Below are positions 19,863 through 29,292 of a stretch of DNA of 61,713 bases, in pieces. The notes under the pieces were generated by a model. The model saw only the letters and a list, made by a program, of their open reading frames with translations, was not told the DNA's origin and did no database searches. The DNA lies in contig JAFXKD010000008.1 of NCBI GenBank assembly GCA_017531925.1, positions 1-61,713 of the forward strand, written 5' to 3'. The stretch's first letter is position 1, and each line of letters opens with the position of its first letter. The position numbers and the translations under genes are program-made. The stretch comes from Clostridia bacterium (GTDB lineage: Bacteria; Bacillota; Clostridia; Oscillospirales; CAG-272).

Positions 19863-20813
19863 TTATCCTTTAATTCCGCTGCTGGACATACCTTCAATGA
19901 TCTTATCCTGAGCAATTATATACATTACCAATACCGGCAGCAAGCAGATAACACCGCCCGCCAACGCCGTACCGATTAAGTTACTTGTTTTGGAGTTGTT
20001 GATAATATAAGCCATACCGACCTGTAAGGTCCACAGATCCGTGTCCTTTGCTCCATACAGCATCTGAGGCCAGATAAGATCGTTCCATCCGCCCATAAAT
20101 CCGAATAGTCCCTGAACGAATAAAACATTTTTTCCCAAAGGCAATACTATCTTATAAAATATCTTAAAGTTGCTGTAGCCGTCCATCTTGGCGGATTCGA
20201 TCAGATCCTTCGGTATCGATTCAAAGAAGGTCTTTATCAGATACATTCCATATACTCCTCCAAGACCGGGAATGATCAAAGCCAATAGCGATCTGTTGAG
20301 TCCCATAGAATATACCATGGACTGATTACCAACGGATGTGGCAGCTCCCGGAATGACCATTGAGGCTATTATGGCAGCAAACAGTAAATCCCTGTATCTA
20401 AAATCTATAAACGTAAAGGCATATGCTGCCAATGACGCTACAAGCAAATACAGCAATGTGCCGCCAATAGCACTGAAGCAGCTGTTCAACAGCCAAGTTC
20501 CTATTTTATAATCCTGAACAGCATTTACCTGTCCAATTCCCTCGGGAAGCTTTCCCATCAAAAGCATCTCATAGTTTTCCAATGTATAACCGCTATGGGG
20601 GTAAAACAGCTCCTTGGGATACAGTATTGTATCGGTAAAGCCTCTGAAAGAACCGAAGAACATAATAATAAACGGTGAAATCCACATTATGCAAAACAGG
20701 AGCAAAAATACAAATGATGCTATCTTACCAATATTAACTTTTCTCTTTTCATTGAATTCTTTCTTTTTACGAAAGCCAATGTATTGTTCTAATGTTATCT
20801 GATTTCGTGCCAT
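19863..20813 (-). CDS. Carbohydrate ABC permease (MalG-like)
   Basis: Hydrophobic helices; IPKDLIESAKMDG EAA loop; WND. Confidence 0.9.
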   Translation of the reverse strand: MARNQITLEQYIGFRKKKEFNEKRKVNIGKIASFVFLLLFCIMWISPFIIMFFGSFRGFTDTILYPKELFYPHSGYTLENYEMLLMGKLPEGIGQVNAVQDYKIGTWLLNSCFSAIGGTLLYLLVASLAAYAFTFIDFRYRDLLFAAIIASMVIPGAATSVGNQSMVYSMGLNRSLLALIIPGLGGVYGMYLIKTFFESIPKDLIESAKMDGYSNFKIFYKIVLPLGKNVLFVQGLFGFMGGWNDLIWPQMLYGAKDTDLWTLQVGMAYIINNSKTSNLIGTALAGGVICLLPVLVMYIIAQDKIIEGMSSSGIKG

Positions 20814-21862
20814 TTGTTGTATGCCTCCGAGATTTTTGTGCCCGTTTTCTTTTCGCGAGTTAAATACATTTGAATACCGGATATGATACCGGCAAAGAGT
20901 GCATATACTAAGCTTGCCGCAGCACCTAAACCGTACAAGCTGGATTTAAACTGCAGGTTGTTTGCAACTATATCCTGAATGAAATACATCAAAGTAGATG
21001 TTTGTCCACCGGCAGGCATACTGGCTATAGCGGCAATTGAAGGACCGCCGCTGGACAAAACATAGTTCTGACCGTAAAGACCGAGATATCCCAGGATCGT
21101 TGTGAACAAGCATAAAACCAACTGAGGCTTTATTCCGGGAATAGTCACGTTCATTATCTTGCGGAAGGATGAACAACCGTCTATATCAGCGGCCTCATAA
21201 AGATGCCTCGGAACGTTCTGAAGTCCCGCACTGAGAATAATGAAGTTTCCGCCCCAGCCGCCCCATAAGCACATCAGGAATATGGGGATCCACGCATATG
21301 AAATATCAACGGTTTGTCCGAAAAGATCAAACGAAAACCACGTATCGATAAACCATTTGATCTCAACTCCAAAAAATTCAGCCAATAAGCCGTTCTGCGA
21401 TTTGGGCAAGAACAGCAAGGTGAATATTGTGCCCGCAGCCGTTAGCGGAACGATTGAGGGCATATAGATCAAGGCTCTGAAGAGCTTGAATCCGGGCGGT
21501 TTCTTATTGACCAATATTGCTAACGACAAAGGCAATAGGATCGCAATTGGAATCATTATTACCGAAAACATTACAGTATGTACAAAAGCAAGCCAAAAGC
21601 TATTGTAAACACCGGGCATGAATGTTTTATCAAAAAGCATTCTGAACCAAGCAAAATCATTGAAGGTCTCTACGCCCGGTTTTCCATACTGAAAGTTTGT
21701 AAGAGAAATGTAAACCCCATAAAACAGGGGTATTACAAAAAACACTATAAATGACAGCAAATATGGCAATAAAAATATGGCGGTCACTCCATATTTTCTT
21801 AATGATCCTATTCGTTTAGACCTTTGCTTAGCATATTCTTCTAAAACGATAGTTCTCTCCAT
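20795..21862 (-). CDS. Carbohydrate ABC permease (MalF-like)
   Basis: AGLQNVP..LYEAADIDG EAA loop; overlaps the next gene. Confidence 0.9.
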   Translation of the reverse strand: MERTIVLEEYAKQRSKRIGSLRKYGVTAIFLLPYLLSFIVFFVIPLFYGVYISLTNFQYGKPGVETFNDFAWFRMLFDKTFMPGVYNSFWLAFVHTVMFSVIMIPIAILLPLSLAILVNKKPPGFKLFRALIYMPSIVPLTAAGTIFTLLFLPKSQNGLLAEFFGVEIKWFIDTWFSFDLFGQTVDISYAWIPIFLMCLWGGWGGNFIILSAGLQNVPRHLYEAADIDGCSSFRKIMNVTIPGIKPQLVLCLFTTILGYLGLYGQNYVLSSGGPSIAAIASMPAGGQTSTLMYFIQDIVANNLQFKSSLYGLGAAASLVYALFAGIISGIQMYLTREKKTGTKISEAYNKWHEIR

Positions 21863-21872
21863 AGATAAGTTC

Positions 21873-23480
21873 CTACTTTATACCTAATTTCAACAAATTC
21901 AATGCTTCTTGAGTTGACTGCGCAACCGTTTGAACAAGCTCTTTTGCCATATCCACCGTGCAACCATCACCGGATAAGTACTGTGCCTGAACGCTTGTAA
22001 CAGCTGTGGTCAAACCATTGATCAGGGTTGTTGCGTAAGGAGTACTTTCGAGTGCGATAACGTCTGCGGGATCACCCATAGCTGTCAAAGTCATGCTCTT
22101 TGCTTCTGCTTCCTTATATTCAGCTGACTCGTAAACGTTTTTCCAAGCAGGAAGATGTCCTGACTCGCACCAATCAACAAGGTTGTACTCTCCATCACTG
22201 TTCTGACCCTGAGTGAGCCACTGTACGAAAATAAATGTTGCAGCTACCTTCTGCATGCTTGTTACCTTCTTAGTCAATGTGATAACGTGTCCGTTACCGT
22301 ACCACTTTGAAGCAGTGGATGCAGGTGCACTCTCAGATGCCATATAGTAAGGACGTGCAACCGCATAGGGCTTGGAGTATATGGGATCATTTGCATCCTC
22401 TTCAGTAACTCCCTTTTCACCCGCTTTGGTAAGCTCCTTGTTGTTCCACAAAACATCGTACGTATTTGCTGACTGCCAAGGACCCTCGGAAAACATTACG
22501 AATTTGCCCTGGGGGAAGTCCGCTTCTTTACTTCCGTCACCGTACAGTCCGGAATTGAAGCGCTCTACCTTATCTGTAACGTATTTTACAAATCCTTCGT
22601 TGTTGTGGAACGCTACATTACCGCTTTCATCAAGAAGAGAGCCGCCATTTACATACAATGCGGTCAAGTGGTCGCTTTCCTCGTGGTGGTGGAAGCTGGG
22701 ATGGAAGTTTTCAACTGTAACAAGCGCAGTTGACGCCAACTTAGAGTTACCCGTCTTCAACTGATACCAGGAGTGATCCTGTCCCATATTGATGTTTCTT
22801 ACCCACAATTCGCCTGAATCGGACAATTTCTTAAGCTCTTCAAGCAGGGTGTTATACTCTTCGTATGACTTGGGATAGTAACGTGTATTTCCGTCAAATC
22901 CCAATCCGTTCTTTTTGATTATATCCTGTCTGATATGTGTAATATATCCGTGAGCATCGATCGGAACACCGTAATGCTGTTCGTTATACACTGTTGTTTT
23001 AACAATATTCTCATATGCTCCGGAGAAATCGATATCAACGCCCGTCTTGGTGATAAGCTCATCAAGGGGATAAAAATAGCCCTTCATCGCATACTCAATA
23101 TTCTTTTCGTTATGCATAAGACAGATGTCGGGGAAATTTGCAAAATCATTAGCATACGTAGTATCTAATGAGTTATAGTAGTCATAGTGACCAACATTAG
23201 TTACGTTGATCTCGATCATTCCTGCATATTCCCTGTTGAATTCCTTTACGAGATCCAACAATACTTCCTGGTCAGGCATACCGATAACGCTCCACAAATT
23301 AAGCTGGACGTTTTCAAGGTATTCAACGACGAATTCGCCGGTAGCTTCATCTCTGGGCAGATCGTCAACTATAGCATCAATACCCTGGGGCTGGGGAGGT
23401 CTGTTAGGACATCCGACCAAGGTGAAAACCATAGATGCTATCATCAACACGCTCAAAATTCTAACAAATCTTGTTTTCAT
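21873..23480 (-). CDS. Extracellular sugar solute-binding lipoprotein
   Basis: Lipobox LVGC; PDI, PLDEL, YGVP, F..GK..M..EGPW; upstream of the permeases. Confidence 0.85.
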   Translation of the reverse strand: MKTRFVRILSVLMIASMVFTLVGCPNRPPQPQGIDAIVDDLPRDEATGEFVVEYLENVQLNLWSVIGMPDQEVLLDLVKEFNREYAGMIEINVTNVGHYDYYNSLDTTYANDFANFPDICLMHNEKNIEYAMKGYFYPLDELITKTGVDIDFSGAYENIVKTTVYNEQHYGVPIDAHGYITHIRQDIIKKNGLGFDGNTRYYPKSYEEYNTLLEELKKLSDSGELWVRNINMGQDHSWYQLKTGNSKLASTALVTVENFHPSFHHHEESDHLTALYVNGGSLLDESGNVAFHNNEGFVKYVTDKVERFNSGLYGDGSKEADFPQGKFVMFSEGPWQSANTYDVLWNNKELTKAGEKGVTEEDANDPIYSKPYAVARPYYMASESAPASTASKWYGNGHVITLTKKVTSMQKVAATFIFVQWLTQGQNSDGEYNLVDWCESGHLPAWKNVYESAEYKEAEAKSMTLTAMGDPADVIALESTPYATTLINGLTTAVTSVQAQYLSGDGCTVDMAKELVQTVAQSTQEALNLLKLGIK

Positions 23481-23495
23481 GATAAATCGCCTTTC

Positions 23496-24719
23496 TTAAT
23501 AATCTCTCCCATAATTTCTTTGCTCACGCTCACCCTCATCGACGAGGCTAACGTCCACAACGATCTCATTAAAGAGCAGATTCAATAAATTTTGCTTTTT
23601 TTCCGTAAATAGCCCAATAATACTAACTACGGCATCAACACCGAGTATAATCAGTATTATAAGCGCTAACGATATACCGCTATCAACGGTTATCGGTACA
23701 AACATTGCCTCGTAGCTTCCGTTAAACGGGGCAAACAAATATAAAATAAACACTATCGGAATAAATCCGACACAAGCGCAGACGGTTTTGATCAAAGGCA
23801 CATACGCATTGATCTTATCTCCCTCTGCCTTTATCACACCTAATCCAAGCAATTTATAGCCCACTGTTTTTCCGTCCTTGAACAGATATCTCGGTATCAG
23901 TAAAACTATAAAGCAAGCGATAAATATGGATATCAACAGAGTGATATTGGTATATCTTGCTTCTGCGGAATATGCTTCCATATAATCCCTGTAATGAGTC
24001 GAATAATACGGCTCACTTTTCAAGATGGACTCCTCTGCCTCCTCAAGCATATTGGAATACCCGTTATAGTATGAAGTATAATACGTAGCTCCCGTCTGAC
24101 CTATACTGTCTGTTTCATCGATGAATAAGTAATGAAACAAATAATAAGCTACCTGTGTATTCAGCACGGGCATATCGGAAATTTCTCTATTAAAAGAAAA
24201 CATAAAGGACGCATCGTCACCAAACGAGCGTCTGTATATTTCAAACAGATCGCCCTTGGGCTCTATTCCTAAGCCCGTATTCTCTTTTAAATATCGGGTA
24301 TAGAAATAGGCAATGTTATCATTTTCCAAGGAATGCGTACCGTTTACTGTAACATCATGGCCGGGAAAAAACTCAAAATCGGGCTGCTGATTATTTCCGA
24401 AAACTTCATAAGATAAGCAGATCGCTCTGTAAAGGTTCTTCAACACGATCACATCGGTCGTTACCCTTCTTCCGTCAACATACTCCACGATATGAGTTTC
24501 TTCCGTCCATTTCTCGTAATAGGAGATCTCCTCCTCAAGCTTTGCGGCAGCATCGTTATAAAACGTGCTGTTTACAGTCAGCTGAAGAAGTCCTGCAAAT
24601 ATAAGCTCCGCAACTATAGCGACCAATATCAGATCCACCACGCAAGAAACAAAGCGTTTACTCATCCTTGCGGGTAGTGATTTTTTTAATCTGTCTATAT
24701 TGGAACTAAATATCTTCAC
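23496..24719 (-). CDS. RDD-family membrane protein with a large soluble insertion
   Basis: KR....VD N-terminal helix; GKTVGYKLLGL.V; C-terminal TM helices; GTG start. Confidence 0.65.
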   Translation of the reverse strand: MKIFSSNIDRLKKSLPARMSKRFVSCVVDLILVAIVAELIFAGLLQLTVNSTFYNDAAAKLEEEISYYEKWTEETHIVEYVDGRRVTTDVIVLKNLYRAICLSYEVFGNNQQPDFEFFPGHDVTVNGTHSLENDNIAYFYTRYLKENTGLGIEPKGDLFEIYRRSFGDDASFMFSFNREISDMPVLNTQVAYYLFHYLFIDETDSIGQTGATYYTSYYNGYSNMLEEAEESILKSEPYYSTHYRDYMEAYSAEARYTNITLLISIFIACFIVLLIPRYLFKDGKTVGYKLLGLGVIKAEGDKINAYVPLIKTVCACVGFIPIVFILYLFAPFNGSYEAMFVPITVDSGISLALIILIILGVDAVVSIIGLFTEKKQNLLNLLFNEIVVDVSLVDEGEREQRNYGRDY

Positions 24720-24721
24720 TA

Positions 24722-25771
24722 TCAGTCATTCTCGTCGTCGAGGAATCCGCAATATACAGGGGTCTCGGGACATTTAGCAAGCACCTCTGCCTCGTCAGCA
24801 GTCGCCTTGTAATTTGCATATGTTGCATCACAGTTGAAGTGGAAGAAGCCTACGTGGCTTGCTACGGGTGTTTCGCCGTTGTAAAGGATGTCAAGATCCT
24901 TGCTGAGCTGGAAGGATCCTGCGTAATTACCGTTAACGTAAACGTGGAAATCCATACCGTTGCGAGCAACGCCAAGCTTAAAGGTTGTTCCGTACGTTAT
25001 CTTTGAATCACCTGTATTCCATGCATAGTCGTGATGTCTTGCCAAGTTATCGGGAATATTAGGCTCCCACGCCCAGTGGTTACCTTCGCTAACTTCACAA
25101 ACACCAAATTCATTCCACTCGCTGCCAAGTCCAACTGTAGCATTAAGGAAAAATGCAACCATAGTTTCCTTTTCTCTGGAGTTCTTACCGGATGCTACGA
25201 TACCGATCTTGGGCCACTGGTCATCATTTGTAACCTTGTGGATGGTGATGTCGGTTTCAACGTACCACTTATCAGAAAAGATATCAGCGATGTAATAGAA
25301 GTTTGTAAGACCGGAGCTTGTTCTGAAGGATCCTGTTCCCGTCTGTTCATCCCATTCGTTGCTGAAATCATCCTCAGAGGGGATCATAGTAATATCTCTG
25401 TCAATAAATACTCTTGCAACAACGATCTCGAATGAGCAGGATTTTGTTTGATCCACATTGGAAGTAACTGTAATTGTAGCAGTACCGGAAGCAAGTGCTT
25501 CTGCTCTCTTACCGTTGATAGCAACTATCTCGGGATTGCTAGACTCGTATGTACAAGCTCTCTGAGCAGCGCTCAAAGCAGCTGTACCCTTTATCTTGTA
25601 CATATTTGTCAACAAAACTGTTTCACCGATCTTCAATGTTGTTGAAGGCTCGGTTGCTGTTAAGGATTCAATGATAGTTTCGGGCTCTTCCTCGGGCAGG
25701 CAAGCTGTTACCGTCAGACAAAGAATGCAAGCCAAAAGACCTAAAGCCAATAATCTGATTGTTTTTTTCAT
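24722..25771 (-). CDS. Lipoprotein with Ig-like (Big_2) and ConA-like beta-sandwich domains; first gene of the operon
   Basis: Lipobox VTAC; YESSNPEIVAI..K..EAL..GTATITV; FHVYVNG, VGFF. Confidence 0.65.
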   Translation of the reverse strand: MKKTIRLLALGLLACILCLTVTACLPEEEPETIIESLTATEPSTTLKIGETVLLTNMYKIKGTAALSAAQRACTYESSNPEIVAINGKRAEALASGTATITVTSNVDQTKSCSFEIVVARVFIDRDITMIPSEDDFSNEWDEQTGTGSFRTSSGLTNFYYIADIFSDKWYVETDITIHKVTNDDQWPKIGIVASGKNSREKETMVAFFLNATVGLGSEWNEFGVCEVSEGNHWAWEPNIPDNLARHHDYAWNTGDSKITYGTTFKLGVARNGMDFHVYVNGNYAGSFQLSKDLDILYNGETPVASHVGFFHFNCDATYANYKATADEAEVLAKCPETPVYCGFLDDEND

Positions 25772-26005
25772 AATCTTTCATAATAACCAATTGTACTTTT
25801 GATTATTAATTCTCCTTTTCATAATATATTTTACTGCGAGTACAACACAGTGTTTTGATAAGTGTACACGTAAAGCACCGAAGCTATCCACTGTCATTTT
25901 TTATTACAGTTACATAGTCTATCCATACGTTTTTTCAAAGCTTTACAGATATACATTTATACATATATATTGTATCACAAATCATTTTTCAAAAAAACCT
26001 AATAC

Positions 26006-26026
26006 ATTACACAAATTGGGTGTAAT
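26006..26026. promoter_or_regulatory. Palindromic candidate operator in the divergent promoter region
   Basis: ATTACAC-N7-GTGTAAT. Confidence 0.35.
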
Positions 26027-26115
26027 ATATTCTACTTTTTGAGCCATTTTTTCTAATTTGTATAATATTTGCTCGCTTTTTTGTATATTTTATACAACTT
26101 TTTTCGTTTTATGGG

Positions 26116-26144
26116 TTTACAAAACAATTAAGATGTGTTAGAAT
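26116..26144 (+). promoter_or_regulatory. Sigma-A promoter of the first araC
   Basis: TTTACA-17bp-TAGAAT with extended TG. Confidence 0.6.
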
Positions 26145-26177
26145 ATATACACATTGATACCGAGAGGAGGCATATTA

Positions 26178-27029
26178 ATGTACATCAGTGCGTGGGGCGA
26201 AGAAATTGTAATAGAAAATACCCTTGGCAGCGATTATCTTGAAGTTATCATGGCGGGAATTACCCATCCAAATCCTACCTATCGAATTATGCACAACATC
26301 TCCGACGAGTTTCCTTACGATTATTACGTTTTCGAGTATGTTGTCAGCGGAACGGGATATATAGAAACACCGGCAAAAAAATATATGGTAAGGGGCGGCG
26401 ACTTTTATTTTTTAAACAGACAGCGTTATCATATCTACTATGCGGACCCTAAAGATCCTTATGAAAAGTTGTTTATAGTATTAAAGGGCAGTTTTGTGGA
26501 TTTTCTGGTGTCGCATCACCTGCAGAACGATAGCGTTTACATCAAAAAATGTAATGTTCACGGCTTGATGGTGCATATGATCAATCTCTTAAACCGAGAC
26601 GGTCCCATCAATTATGATAAGCTTGCGGTTTCTATACTTGAGCTGTTTCAACAAGCCTTCCCTTCTCCGTATCAGATCCAACCCGCTATAAATCGCGTTC
26701 CGGAAATGATAAAGAATTATATCGACACTCACATCACGGAAAAGATCACGCTGGATGATATAAGCAACGATCTGTATATAAGCAAATCGTACATCGAAAG
26801 AGTATTCAAGAACGAATACAATCAGACCCCCATGGCTTATTGCATAAATCAGAAGATCTCACAGGTCGCTTCAATGCTTGTAACCACGAACTATTCCCTC
26901 TCCCATATTGCACAGCAATTCAGCTTTTCAGATGTTAAGTATATGTCAAAGACCTTCAAGAAGATCAAAGGCAAGACCCCTATGGAATATAAAAGAGATG
27001 AGCTTGCAAAAAATCAGATAGTTGAATGA
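26178..27029 (+). CDS. AraC-family transcriptional regulator
   Basis: Cupin N-domain (FEYVVSGTG); C-terminal double HTH (ITLDDI, FSDVKYMSKTFKKIKGKTP); ATG after GAGGAGG. Confidence 0.92.
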   Translation: MYISAWGEEIVIENTLGSDYLEVIMAGITHPNPTYRIMHNISDEFPYDYYVFEYVVSGTGYIETPAKKYMVRGGDFYFLNRQRYHIYYADPKDPYEKLFIVLKGSFVDFLVSHHLQNDSVYIKKCNVHGLMVHMINLLNRDGPINYDKLAVSILELFQQAFPSPYQIQPAINRVPEMIKNYIDTHITEKITLDDISNDLYISKSYIERVFKNEYNQTPMAYCINQKISQVASMLVTTNYSLSHIAQQFSFSDVKYMSKTFKKIKGKTPMEYKRDELAKNQIVE

Positions 27030-27211
27030 CTTTTGCTCGTGATTTTCAAATTTATCCCATCTGTAAATGATCTGATAAAGCCCTCGGTTAATCTATAAGA
27101 GCAGAAAGACGGCGGCAAAACGCGCTTTCTCCTTAACCATACCATTAATAAAAAAGCGAATGAGCGCAAGCAACAGCTTTGCAGCTGATTCGCGGAAAGG
27201 TCTATAAGAAA

Positions 27212-29194
27212 ATGAAAAGGAAAACATTTATCATTCTATTGGTTCTCACAGTCTCCATTGTTCTCACGGCATGCCCGTTTATCTTGCCGGATGATCCCAC
27301 CCGTCCGATAGACCCAAGCACGGTAAAGAGCATTACCCTTTCGGGAGCAAAAACAAGCTTTGCCTTTGGTGAAAGCTTCAGCTCCGAAGGTCTGGTCGTC
27401 ACGGCAACGATGAAGGATGGCACAAGCAAAGCTTTGAGAAGCATCGACTACAAGATTACAAGCGAGGATTTCAACCCTATGAAGGTCGGCAATTATCAGG
27501 CAGTGGTCAGTATAGAAGGCTCGGATATCTCCGAGAGCTACGAAGTTACTGTTGAACCTGCGAACAGACTTAAGGTACTTATGATAGGCAACTCTTACGC
27601 GGACGATACGATCAATTACGCATACGAGATTGCAAAAAATGCCGGGATCCCTGCAGAGAATATTTTAATAGCTGACATCTCTATTCCCAGCTGTTCATTA
27701 GATACACATTGGAACAACGCTCTGAAAAATACCGCTGCATATCGCTTCGGCTTGGAAAAAGAAGGCTATTTCGACGGCACCTCCTATACTAACTGGACGA
27801 TGGAAGATGCTATTATGTACGCAGATTGGGATTTTATTACCCTTCAGCAAAACAGCGGTAATAGCGGCAATCCCGGCTCATACGGCAATTTGCAGAAGCT
27901 GATGGATTATATTTTAGACGTTGCCACGGATACGGTGGTAAATCCCAATGCTAATCCCAATGTAAAGCTCGTTTGGCACCAGACATGGGCATACGCTCAA
28001 ACCTCTGCAAATGAAGGTTTTCCCGCCTACGACTATAACCAGATGACGATGTACGATGCGATCAGGTCTTGCTTGCAGACACATATCCTGAACAAGGAAT
28101 TTGCCGCCATAATTCCCAACGGCACTGCGATCCAGAACGCAAGGACATCATTTATAGGCGACAATCTTACACGTGATAAGTGGGATCACCTCTCTGAAGA
28201 CGCAGGTAGGTATATCGCCGCTATGGGCCTTGTGGGCACACTTACAGGAAGAGATATGACTAAGATAACGTGGAAGCCTATGGATAGCGGATTCAATTTC
28301 TATCTCAGTGACGCTATGATTCAGGTATGTAAGGAAAGCTGGGCAAATGCTATGGCTTCTCCTTATGATATTACAGCATCCAAATATACAAAGGATCCCG
28401 ACTCAAACGAACCCGATCTTTCCGATATCCTCGAAGGTACAGGCACGGAAAGCGATCCCTATCTTATTCAAAGCGCGGAAGATATGCGAGCGCTCTCCGA
28501 GTTCACAAAGGGAAAGAGCTTTGGAAACAGCAATATGTATTTCAAGCTCACAGCAGATATAGACCTCGGTACAGAAAGCTGGCAGCCCATATGCTCATCC
28601 GCAAATACAGGTTGGGTAGAAACAGCAAATAGCTTTAATGCAAACTTCGACGGCAACGGAAAAACGATCACCTTTGTAGGCAATTATACAGGAGACGTGT
28701 GGGCAAAGGGATTGTTCAGCGCAGTAGGCGGATACATTCACGACCTTACGCTTAGGGGTAGCATAACCACCGAATGCGGTCGCGTAGGTTCCCTTGCAAG
28801 TATGGCTATGACCAACGCAAGAATTGAAAACATAACCTCTTACGTAAATATCACCGCGCAGAAAAATGAGGTCGGCGGTATAATCGGATATATAGCAGCA
28901 CCGAACGTTACTCTTACAAATTGCATCAATCACGGCAATATCTCAGCTCGTCAGCTTGTAGGCGGTATAGTCGGCGGAACTTGGCAGAACGTCACATATA
29001 CAGATTGCGTAAATCACGGAAATATTACTGCCAGTGAAATCAGAGTTGGCGGTATCGTGGGCGAAAAATTTGCAGTAGCTACCCTTAATAACTGTTCAAA
29101 TTACGGTACAGTATGCGCAGGCGAAACCGTTGCAACAACGGAATCCGGCACTGCTGATAAATATGCCGGCACTCTCTATGGACAGCCCAAATGA
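27212..29194 (+). CDS. Lipoprotein: Ig-like, SGNH hydrolase (DUF4886-like) and GLUG repeats
   Basis: Lipobox LTAC; GESFS.EGLVVTA; LMIGNSY, WDFITLQQ.S, WHQTWAY, RD..DH; GTGTESDPYLI and GGIVG repeats. Confidence 0.75.
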   Translation: MKRKTFIILLVLTVSIVLTACPFILPDDPTRPIDPSTVKSITLSGAKTSFAFGESFSSEGLVVTATMKDGTSKALRSIDYKITSEDFNPMKVGNYQAVVSIEGSDISESYEVTVEPANRLKVLMIGNSYADDTINYAYEIAKNAGIPAENILIADISIPSCSLDTHWNNALKNTAAYRFGLEKEGYFDGTSYTNWTMEDAIMYADWDFITLQQNSGNSGNPGSYGNLQKLMDYILDVATDTVVNPNANPNVKLVWHQTWAYAQTSANEGFPAYDYNQMTMYDAIRSCLQTHILNKEFAAIIPNGTAIQNARTSFIGDNLTRDKWDHLSEDAGRYIAAMGLVGTLTGRDMTKITWKPMDSGFNFYLSDAMIQVCKESWANAMASPYDITASKYTKDPDSNEPDLSDILEGTGTESDPYLIQSAEDMRALSEFTKGKSFGNSNMYFKLTADIDLGTESWQPICSSANTGWVETANSFNANFDGNGKTITFVGNYTGDVWAKGLFSAVGGYIHDLTLRGSITTECGRVGSLASMAMTNARIENITSYVNITAQKNEVGGIIGYIAAPNVTLTNCINHGNISARQLVGGIVGGTWQNVTYTDCVNHGNITASEIRVGGIVGEKFAVATLNNCSNYGTVCAGETVATTESGTADKYAGTLYGQPK

Positions 29195-29217
29195 TCTATA
29201 AAACAAACATATAAATT

Positions 29218-29259
29218 AAAAAGCGTCGGCGCGGTGAGATCCACCGCGCCGACATTTTA
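29218..29259. terminator. Bidirectional terminator between convergent genes
   Basis: GTCGGCGCGGTG-AGATC-CACCGCGCCGAC with A run before and T run after. Confidence 0.8.
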
Positions 29260-29292
29260 GTTTAAACTGCTAAAACAGTTTATCGGTCTATA

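Noticed and set aside
25778-25822. 14-codon upstream ORF (MKRRINNQKYNWLL) in frame with the first operon gene, separated by TGA
   Set aside because: It has no RBS of its own and no attenuator hairpin, and the downstream signal peptide is complete without it. It is probably incidental.
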